Shown here piece by piece: positions 13,207 to 25,872 of a stretch of DNA of 64,000 nucleotides. Under the pieces are notes generated by a model, which was not told the DNA's origin, did not search any database, and worked only from the letters and a program-made list of their open reading frames with translations. The position numbers and the translations under genes were made by a program. The stretch is from Utricularia gibba. Its lineage: Eukaryota > Plantae > Magnoliophyta. Position 1 is the stretch's first letter. Each line of letters opens with the position of its first letter. The stretch spans positions 3,596,001 to 3,660,000 of the forward strand of contig CM007991.1 in the NCBI GenBank assembly GCA_002189035.1. The letters are read 5' to 3'.

Positions 13207-16200
13207 CCTCAGCCAAATTTACACCCAAATCACCAAAACGCACCGATTTGCCCGAACCCCACGTATCTTAATCTGTGCATGCCGATACCAACGCATGACG
13301 AATGGGTTTCACGTTCATTCCTCACAGCTCTGATGTATCTACATCAACCCAACAAAAAAGAATCCGAAAATTTGCGGAATCAAAGATATTCACCAGCAAA
13401 CACGGACACCCAAACACACCCCAAGAAAGGTGAATGCCAGATGGAAAAACCAGATAGTATTCGCGAACCTACAAATCTGGAAAGGAGAGATCGGAGACAA
13501 GGAAAAAACTGGAGTACGGTGAGGCAGATGGGCCTTCGTGAATGATCCCCGGTTGTGATTGCCTGGGTGTTTTGCGTGCTTGTGGGCATGTGGGTTTCGG
13601 AGTCCTCGAGTTGAAATCGGGAGAATGAAAGAGAGAAGAGAGAGAGGAGATAGCTATCCGCATACACACCAAATAAAACGAATATTTTATTAAAATATTC
13701 CCCATTTACCATAACTCTTCTCAAACACAAACTTTCTGCAGTTCTGGACTTCCTCATTATCACCATCAACCAAAGTTCTCCGATGACCGATACCCTGAAA
13801 TGCCACCCGCCTCCGGTCAGCAACATTACAGCATATCTATCCTTATAACCAATGACGCCGCCGCCAAAACGCCAGAACTTGAAGATTACATTCTTCATGC
13901 GGCGGTTCACTCAGAACAGGCTTGTTGCACCTGGTGCAAATCCACACCGGAAAAATATTACAATTCCGGGAGCATGCTTTTCCTCCATTGTCCAGACGTG
14001 GCACTCTGTGGCAGAGAGCGGCAAGTTGCTGGGGAATCTCCCTCCCCCAAGAGAACCCTTCCAAAGCTTTCGCTCTTCCTTTGAAGTCAGGCTATGGAAT
14101 CTACGGTATTCCCTTCCTGGAAGCATCGGAATAAAGGATTCCGCCATACCCAACCTTGCCTTCACCGCATCTTTTTATCAAGTCCACCACTGTGCCATGT
14201 ACTATTGGTTAAGCACCATCTCCGAGATTGCTTGTATTAATTAATTTCCAAGACACTAATAAATGGGCATGTTGCTTTTCCGTACACAAAATGTATTAAT
14301 TTCCAAACGGGGGTTTGGATGGTTAGAACGCAATTCAAATCGTAATTAAATTATTTAATAAAGTTTATCATATACAATATGGATAATAATAATGTTCTCG
14401 TGTAATTGTTGAAACTAGGTAAATTGACTACTCATGTTTTCGATTTTTAAACTTTTCAAACTCGAATCAATTTACAAACTAAATCGTAAATCATGGTTTA
14501 ATTGTAATTGAATTACGATTCAGCTCAATTTCAATTTGCTAGGTGGATGTTCCTTCCTGTTAATTAATAAATGTTTTAAATTACTCAGAATTAGAGATAA
14601 TTTGTAACTGTTTTTTTTTATTTTTTAATGAACAACCTCTTGACTGCTCACGCTGCCGGTGGATTCCCCCAAACTGGACCTACTACTTGGGCCTTAAAAA
14701 TACCAACTTTTGGCCCAATAGTTTTAATTGAGCCCCAGGAGGAAAGCACATGGACATCAAGGGCAGGGAGATTTGTTGGGTTGGCCCGGAAACCAGCGCA
14801 TTTATCAGCTGGCCCACAACCATACACAGAAAATGCAACAAGCAATAACAATGGAATGGATGCGGTCAGCTCATTGAAGAAAAAAGAAATGTTGGGTTTT
14901 TTTAAAAAATACCCACTGTATTTTTACTACCCCAAGCTCAAAGAGTGTCGGTATTGTGGAGTGAATGTAGTTGTTTGATAAGAAAGTATAGAAAATATAT
15001 ATTTAATTTTACATATATATCATTGTTTGATTGATGAATATATGTATATCGATCTTGTATTGCCATATAATTGATATACTTATTTTTTGATTATATAGAT
15101 ACTATATAAATGGATGGGACTACCTATTTATATATATATATCATTCATATATTCAAACTTCTATTTTTATATATTAAACGTTATTGACAATTAAGTATAT
15201 ACATACTTAATTATACTATATTTAAACATATTAATATCTTATTATCAAAAGATCTTTAAAAGTTATTATTATCACATATGAAAGTCTTTTTTGTCCAGAA
15301 TCAACATCTAAAAAAACAATATCATATATGAAAATTTGATATCTTTTTATCAAGATTCAATGTTTAAAACTAATAATATCATGCATGAATATTTGATTCT
15401 TCTTTGTAAAGATTCAGTGTCTAAATCATGAAGATTCAGTGTCACTAGTTTACATAATCTCATTACTGCTTGCCTTTCCTCCCACTCTCCAACACTCCTT
15501 TGACACCAATACCCCTCGGTAGCTTAAACTACGAATATATTAGAAAATTGATCATCCAATATGAACTATGTAAAAAAAAATTAGCCACCATCAATAAACA
15601 AATTTGATTGAATGTTTAGATAGAAGGGAAAGATGGTCAGTTTAGTAAATAACCCTCTAAATCACTTTCGTACATCTTTTTGTTCATAGGCTCTACCAGC
15701 ACCTCTCGTATTTTTCTTATGTAATCCTATGAAACGTAAAATGTGACATTCATGACGCATTACCAGACGAAAAAAAAAAAATACTTAGATTACTACGTGT
15801 CCTGTTGGTACGTGTATTAATGGTTGACAAATTATTTTATATTAAAATAATATTTTAAAAAGGATAAGATAAGGCGATGCGATGGGCCCCATCAAGATGG
15901 GCCTGAAGTCCATCTCACGTGCGGCCTGGCCCATCCAATTTAATGCCGCGCCCGCGCCGCACGTGTGGGGCTGGCTAGTTAAACAGAACACATCCGTTAC
16001 CAGAGCGTGCGAATGTGCGCAGAGTTTCTTTTTTTTTTCTCCTTTTTTTTATATTGTTGACTGGTTACCAGCGGGCAAAGGGGGCGTCGTGATCAAGCAA
16101 GATGCGCGATCTTCAAATGGGTTGGCTCAAATGTTCACATATAACGTCCCCATCCCCTTCCCCATCACACACCAATGCGATATCTCGATTTGCACAGCAT

Positions 16201-16567
16201 GTCACATCCCCTTCGTCCCCACGATCCCCCCCCACCCATCTCAGTACAGCCTCACGCCACAGCCGTACACTCCATCGGAAAGCGGGGAGAAGCGATGTGG
16301 GATGAGGGGTTCCAGTCTGCTACCAGTGTATCAGAACCAAATAAAGTTGCTGATGCGGGAGTAAAGGAGGAGGAGGGTTTGCGGGTGGGTGGTCCTAACC
16401 CTAGTGGACAAAAATGAGTTGGCTCGCGTGTGACGGGGCGCTCGGGTTCAATCAATGCAATGAGCTGGGAGATTTGGAAAGGAAAAGGTACAATTTTGCT
16501 GGTCCCCATGTTGGATTCTTGTCTTGGGGCAATAATGCCGAGTCCTGCGCAGCACTCGGTGTGCAGA

Positions 16568-16589
16568 TAGGGTTAGGGTTAGGGTTAGG
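16568..16589 (+). repeat. Short (TTAGGG)n tract, about 3.5 units
   Basis: TAGGGTTAGGGTTAGGGTTAGG read directly. Confidence 0.8.
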
Positions 16590-17364
16590 TCCATGGGAGC
16601 GAAGGGAGCTGGGGAACTGCTACCTGTTGCTGTTCGTTGGAGGAGACGGAGGAGCAATGTCCGGTCATCCATGCTGCTAGATTCACTGTGTGTGGTCTTT
16701 CAGGCAGCCCTAGCAATGGTGACATCAATTCCAGGGCTACCTACCCTGGTCTGCGATGGGCCCCGGAGCCCTCGTGCCTCCTGAATGCAGTTCTTACCAA
16801 ACGGAGGCTCTCGGGCCCCCGTCACATGCTTCGTCTTGCCGGCCTTCATCGGAATCCGCGCAGTCACTAAACAAATCGTAGGTTCTTTACTGTGCCACCT
16901 GTCATGTTACTGTTGGTTGCCTGCCCGATATCGAAATCTTTTATTTACTTATTTTTTCAAATGTTAAAATACTATATTGAATTAAATTTGTATTGAATAG
17001 GAATAAATAAATCACGATTTAATATAATTTAATCTCAATTTGATGCTTCTTTTTATAAATTGTAAAAAAAACGAATGATTTTTTTGTAATTTAAATTGTT
17101 AGGGGATTATTATTTTTTGTTCTAACAATAACGATACAAATAATATATGAAAATTTATTTCCAAAACGCCATTAAATCCATCTTAGAAGAAAATGAACAT
17201 ATTTCAAGTTTCATTATTTTTTGAGTCAAAAATTACTTTATTTTTAGTATTTTAAAAATAATTTAAATATTATAAATTGAATTATCCTAACAAATATTTC
17301 AAATCACGAATCTATACATAGGCACCAATATATACTAGCAGTTTACTGAAGTGTTTAGAATTAA

Positions 17365-17682
17365 AGTTATGTTCTAGAAAATTTGTATCACCTATTTTTA
17401 CTTTTATAAAGTTAAAAATATTTTTAATTAAGAACACTACCTATTTTTACTTTTATTTTTTCCTAAAATATTTTTGGTATTACACTTCAAAAATTATTTT
17501 TAAAAAATTAGGAAAAAACTACTTTTACATTCTATTTTTATTTTTCAATATAAATCCACAAGTTTTTTCATTATTTTCTAGAACACCCATTTTTTATTTC
17601 TACTTTTGTAAATTATTTATACTTCTAATTTTTACTTTTTTAAAAACAAAAATAGATTCTACGAATTTTCTAGAACACACCT
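17365..17682. mobile_element. Tourist-like (PIF/Harbinger) MITE
   Basis: Left end AGTTATGTTCTAGAAAAT versus reverse complement of right end AGGTGTGTTCTAGAAAAT (16/18). TAA on both flanks (17362-64, 17683-85). AT-rich 318-bp interior. Confidence 0.65.
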
Positions 17683-18177
17683 TAATTTGGAGCGGTTTCT
17701 GTTTTTATTGAAATATTTTAGAAATATTATTATTATTATAAAATATTGGAAATTTGGAATGAATTATTATTAATTAGATTTTGAAAAAGCAATTAATAGA
17801 AGCATGTCCGGCATTTGAATAAGGGGGAGTTGGCAGTGGCCCAGTCGTGTTCCCCTCCGCAGTGAATCATGACTAAAGCCTGCCCTTTGCTTACCCGACA
17901 GTGATATCTGTCCGTAGAAAAAATGGTGCCCCACATCTGGACCGTTCGTTTCAATCCAGCAACGCGCTTTCTCTTCCCCACCCATCACCACCATGCCAGC
18001 GAATCTCCGCTGTACGACGTTAACTCCCCACCTGACGCCGTCAACTCCCCACTTAACGCCGTTAACTCCCCCCGCACGTCCACTTTTATCCTCCATCCCC
18101 AGGCCCTTCTATATATGCGGACCTCACCCCTTCACAATTTCTCTCATCCTTATCAGACAGTCGCAGCGATTGAGTCA

Positions 18178-18824
18178 ATGGATCTGAACATGGAAGCAAC
18201 AGAACTTCGATTGGGATTGCCGGGAGCCTCCTCCAGCAGCAAGAGATCTTCTGCTGGAATGGGAGGAAATCCAGTTCAGAAGTGAGTACAAGCCTCGCTA
18301 CAGAATTTCTTCTTTTCCGATGGTGGTTAGGGTTTTGATGAAATCTGGTTGTGATTTTACAGGCAGCAAGTTGTCGGTTGGCCGCCGGTGAGATCTTACC
18401 GGAAGAACACGCTTCTGAAAAAGGCGGATTCGTCGGAGAACGGCTCTGGAATGTTCGTGAAGGTGAGCATGGACGGCGCTCCCTATCTGAGAAAAATCGA
18501 TCTCAAGTGCTACAACAACTACGCCGATCTCCTCAAGGCCCTGCAAAACATGTTCAAATGCGATCTCGGTACGGCACCCCAACCACTAAGAACAAAAACA
18601 AAAGCTGAAGGAATCTTACGACGTTAGCTTTGGTGATTCCAGGTGTCTATTCCGAGAGAGAAGGGTACTCCGATTACGCGCCGACGTACGAGGACAAGGA
18701 CGGCGATTGGATGCTGGTGGGCGATGTTCCATGGGAAATGTTCATCACTTCCTGCCAGAGGATGCGAATCATGAGAGGCTCAGAAGCCAAGGGGCTGCCG
18801 GTTCAACAACTGTTCATCAAATAG
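18178..18824 (+). CDS. IAA: Aux/IAA repressor (short, IAA1-4-like), 3 exons
   Basis: Domain [10 protein letters not shown], degron [14 protein letters not shown], domain [20 protein letters not shown], domain [21 protein letters not shown]. Exons 18178-18281, 18363-18568, 18643-18824. TATA near 18110. Confidence 0.97.
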
Positions 18825-20336
18825 ATGACTTCGCATGCTCCTGGTTCCACATCCATCCTCTTCCCTTCTCGTATTCCTCCGTAAGCTGCTGAACACGAGA
18901 ATGGAAGACGATGGTTGGCTGGGTTGCTCCACTGCTTACTGCACGCACCGTAGGAAGAAAGCTGAGGGTTTTGTTCATCTGTCGGCGGAGAATGGCATCC
19001 CATATGTTGATGTATATACCCCTCCATTTGTTATCTCTTCTGTGTTTCTTGAATCGCTGCTGGTTTCTAGAGACGACGACGTGCCTGCCTGTGTGTTCAC
19101 CATGAATTCAAGATCAACCCTTGGAAGCTCAAAATTCTAAAATGTGGGGAAAATATCAACAAATTTAGGTCAATCCAATATTTAAAAAATGAATTCCATT
19201 ATGGGTAAGATGTATTATATGATTTTTTTAAAAAAAATTATAGTTACATAATTATTTCTATTTATTTATAATAATTTACATTTCATAATAATGATTAATA
19301 ATTAATCAATTCAATTTAACTCATTGCAAAAGATTTAAATCGAGATTAAATTGTCAAACGGATTGAATATGTTTTAAAACAATTTCCATTCTCTTTCTAA
19401 TTATTTGTATAATTTAATGTAGTAATAATTTAGTGTAAAATAAAAAACTTCAGGTTATATAAAAGTATTATCATAAAATAAAATACTATAAATATAAAAT
19501 AATATTAAAATCCTATAATATATAAAACATAGAAAACGGATATTAGGTTTTAAAATTAGTAATGAAAGATAAGGTTGGACACAATCCAAAAATGAACGGC
19601 TGGGATTCAATCATGAATCCAACTTAGGATTGGATCAATCTGAGGACGTCCAACATGTGGGTATTACACAATAATATATGCAATCCACGTCACTATCCAG
19701 TGCAAATTTTTTGAATTATTTAATAATTTTTAAAAATACAAAATAAAATTTTATAATCATTTTTTTTACTACAACTATATAAATTTCACAAAATCATCCT
19801 GATTTTCGTGTTTTTTTAGTAGATTTCTTTTGTGACCGAATGCCACTGAAATAATGCGAATGATTTAAAATAAAATTATAAATTAACGTCTTCAAATATT
19901 GGACTATTGAGTAGTATTTTAAAATCGAATGTTAAGTTCAATTCAATCTCGAATTTTTGAATAAATCATAAAATGAACTTAATTTATTTAAACTATAATT
20001 TTATTTGCTAAATATCTTGAAATAACATTAATGAAGTGAAATACTGTTCATTATAAAAGAGATTAATTTAAATTCGTGGTTAAAAAGATGGGGTTCAATA
20101 AATTGTTAAAACATGGATGCTAAAAAGCTCCTTGTATTTGGGCGGGCCGGAAGTAGGCTCCATTTCCGGCCTGGATTGGATTTGGCAGAAATGGGCTTCG
20201 AGCTTTTGGGACGAAGCGGAAAGCGTGGTTTTGCGTCCAACGACGTGTACACATTTTTCTAGCAGTAGAATTGCTACGGGTTTGCTTCATTTTTAGAGTA
20301 GCTGATTAGCGTCGGAATCGTCCATCCGCCGGAAAA

Positions 20337-22279
<1,943 letters not shown>

Positions 22280-22469
22280 AGCTTGGGAGGTGGTTTTAGA
22301 GCAGCAGATCTCTGCAATGAGAACTGGTTAATAAACAAAGACCGCCATTTGATTCTACTTGTTTTGGACACAAGGAAACAAGCACGCAACGATATTTGTT
22401 GTTGGGCTTTTGGATCTCGATAACGGGCCTCGTATTTGGATAGATTTCCGCTTTTTATTAGTGATGTTC

Positions 22470-22890
22470 ATAAATCGAATACTATTCTAAAACTGAAATG
22501 ATTTAAGAATCGATAATATAAAAAGTTAAAGAAATTGATTATGAATTATTTGGATTCGGGTTTGAATTATTATGAATCGTTTATTTAAACCCAAACCGAT
22601 TATTTTTTTATTTTTATGTATATAATTTTTTAAGAATACTAATTATATGATGTATTGTATTTTTATGAACAAATACATATATTATTTAAAGTTTATAATA
22701 CAAATTTATCATTTATATATAAATAAAATTGAAATTTTAGATTATTAATGTTTCAAATCTAAAATATAAATGAATAATTTTATAATATACTGTTATTTGT
22801 AACCGGACCGAAATCAAATAAGAATCGGATCAAAATCGACTAAGAATCTAAATTGATGGTAAATCGATTAACCGAATATTTAATAGAATT
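22470..22890. mobile_element. Possible decayed non-autonomous DNA transposon (AACCG/AATCG-rich subterminal repeats)
   Basis: Many AAATCG/AAACCG/AACCGA motifs at both ends of an AT-rich block. No clear TIR or TSD. Confidence 0.25.
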
Positions 22891-23233
22891 CTGTTTTGAT
22901 TCTTACTCATACAGTCATACTGCACCAAACTCGATCCACTAATATCTCTAGTTTTTATTTTTCTGCCACGTCACCTAAATTCTTGAAATTCGGTATTAAA
23001 TTTAATATATTGAAAAAAATATTTTGATATAAAATATATGGATGGTATAAATATCTTTGAATTAATTCTCTAAAAATTATATAATTTTCAAATTAATTCT
23101 CTAAATCTGATTTCAAAATTCTCTAATCCCTTTATCAGCCGTGCACATAACGCAGTTTCATTGCACACGTAAGGCAAAGCATCCATTTTTTCTTTGATTT
23201 CGATTTATTTCTGAGAATTGGAAAAGGTTTGGC

Positions 23234-24145
23234 ATGTGGGGTGGCTGGAAGTATGATCTGGAGAGCGGCGGAGCGGCGGCCGGGACAGTGTCTCTAGAAG
23301 GGCCGGATCTCCGTTGGTCGTTCATCAGGAAAGTGTATTCGATTCTAACGATTCAATTTCTTTTGACAATTGCCGTTGCCGCCGCCGTCGTCTACGTCCA
23401 TCCTGTTTCGCAGTTCATCGCCCACACCAAGGCTGGTTCAGCGGTTTTCTTCGTTATCATCATCATCCCGTTCATCTGTATGCTTTAATCCCTTTTGCTT
23501 TAACGCAGTTTTTCTCGAATTGCTCGTGGTTATCGTGTTCATGATATTTCACCCTTTTGTTTGATGGCTATCTGCACGCAGCTCTTCTCTTTCTGCGTCG
23601 CTATTATCAGAGTCACCCCATCAACTATCTTCTGCTTGCCCTTTTCACAATGTCCCTTGCATTTACTGTGGGCTTTGCATGTGCCTTCACCAAAGGTATA
23701 TATCTTCATCTTTCTCGAATTTGATTTCCTTAAACTGCTTGATCATCAGATTGGTATCTTTGAACCTTTCTCTATAGGAAAAGTGATCTTGGAGGCTGCA
23801 ATCTTAACAGCAGTAGTCACAATCAGCCTCACTTTGTACACATTTTGGGCAGCAAAAAGAGGCCAAGATTTCAGCTTTCTCAGGCCCTTCCTGTTTGCTT
23901 CTCTGTGTCTCCTCATAGTATTTTCCCTGATCCAGCTCTTCGTTCCCTTCGGAAGAACCGGTGTGATGATCTACGGCTGTATTGGGTCGCTAATCTTCGC
24001 CGGATACTTGGTATACGACACCGACAATCTGATCAAGCGGTACACATACGATGAATACATCTGGGCTTCGATTGTCCTCTACCTGGACATCCTCAATCTC
24101 TTCATGATGCTCCTGCAAGTTTTCACAGCTGCTGATGATGCTTAG
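23234..24145 (+). CDS. LFG: LIFEGUARD / Bax-inhibitor-1 family (TMBIM) membrane protein, 3 exons
   Basis: DLESG, LRWSFIRKVYSIL, YYQSHPINYLLLALFT, KVILEAAILTAVVTISLTLYTFWAAKRGQDFSFL, YLVYDTDNLIKRYTYDEYIWASIVLYLDILNLF. Confidence 0.95.
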
Positions 24146-24582
24146 AACTCTCCCAGAATCGTATAATATAATTGTTTTTTTTTAAAAGATTCATCTCATT
24201 AATCGAAATAAATTGTTTCTGAATCTCACTTCAAGCGAAATGTCTCGAATTTGAACATGAAGAATGTCTGTTGAAGAGAAGAAGTCTTGGAGTTGGCCAT
24301 GAAGAACACCAGGTTTCTTCCGAACTTTAAAGCTGGCCTATCATGGGCCAAACCTGTAAAAGGCCCGGAAATTAAAGTGGGCTTTTAGGCCCATTTCTGC
24401 ACTGAACATTAACATGACCATATCAACACGGCCCTAGGGCGAAATTGGCCGTAATTCAACGGAGGCAACGTACAGCAAAGCCGCAGCAGCCGGAGGCGGA
24501 GCAGAGTCTGCTTAAGGTGTATGTTTCTGCTTCATTGGTCATCGTTATTCACTGTGTGTTGATTTATTTCTTTTAGCAGAAA

Positions 24583-25754
24583 ATGGCGGAAAAAGCTGTT
24601 ACTATTAGGACAAGGAAGTTTATGACAAATCGCCTCCTGTCAAGAAAGCAATTTGTATGATCCAATCTGTTATTTTATGGAAAATCGCCTCCTTTTAGTC
24701 TTCCATTTTTGTGATCCATTTAAATTCTGTTTTTTTCTTCGATTGTTCTTAGGTCATTGATGTGCTGCATCCTGGAAGGCCTAATGTTTCCAAGGTTCTT
24801 GTTTTGTATTTTTTTCCGATGTGAAGTTGAATAAAGAGTGTGCTTGATTTCAATTTCTGGGGGTCCATAACTTGAAGAAACACGCTGCATTTTTCGTGCT
24901 TGATTCCAATTTCTGAAATCTCTGAAGCAGTAGACCCTGTGCTGTTTCACCTCATTAAAATTTGCATCATTTCTTCACTTCGTGATAGCTGTGTTTATGT
25001 GAAGTTGTTACTCGTTCACTTTAAGTTTCTGGTCACTGCGCTTTTGCAGGCAGAGTTGAAGGAAAAATTGGCTAGGATGTATGAGGTTAAGGATCCCAAT
25101 TCCATTTTTGTGTTCAAGTTCAGAACACACTTTGGGGGTGGCAAGTCAACTGGATTTGGCTTGATATATGATTCTGTTGAGAATGCGAAGAAGTATGAGC
25201 CTAAATACAGGCTTATCAGGGTAATTTTTCTGACTGAACTAGTCACAGCTCGCGCGGTATAATTAGAGAGCATCTTAATTTTTCAAATCTGTGCAACTCA
25301 TCTGGCATTTATGGTTTATACTGGTGCTCCCTTTATGTTGCCCCAAGTCTATAAATTTTTTCTTATCCAAACCTGGATTATCGTGCATCTATTTCCTATA
25401 GCTCTCTCACAGTTCCCATGCTTATTTTTCAAAATGCGTGATTTTCAGAATGGTCTCGATACCAAGGTCGAGAAGTCAAGGAAACAGATGAAGGAACGCA
25501 AGAACAGAACAAAGAAAATCCGCGGTGTTAAGAAGGTATGCCTTTTCTGGCTACTAGCCTAGTAATGCTTGAGCGTACGCAAGGCATTCCTACCTTTACG
25601 ATCACCCTGAAATATGATTTTCATGTCTCCGTTGTGAAATCATAGTGCATTTGTAGTATATAATCCACTGGAACACCATTACTGAATGAATGAATGGATG
25701 ATTCCTTTGCAGACGAAAGCAGGTGATGCTGCAAAGGGTGGAAAGAAGAAGTGA
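24583..25754 (+). CDS. RPS24: 40S ribosomal protein S24 (eS24), 5 coding exons
   Basis: [51 protein letters not shown]...[15 protein letters not shown].../[20 protein letters not shown].../[13 protein letters not shown]. Site II cluster at about 24345-24395. Confidence 0.98.
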
Positions 25755-25872
25755 GATTCTGGTTATCCCTCTCGGCAATCGGCCATTTCCTTTTCAAGCT
25801 CGGTTTCAGATGACATTGCTAAGACAAAAAGCCTTGACTCTTTTTATTGATGTGTATTGAGAATCGAGCAAG

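Noticed and set aside
16293-16303. Perfect snRNA upstream sequence element (ATCCCACATCG, minus strand)
   Set aside because: No TATA at the required spacing and no snRNA-like sequence downstream.
16568-16589. TTAGGG tract as an interstitial telomere or fusion scar
   Set aside because: Only about 3.5 units, compatible with slippage or a telo-box-like site.
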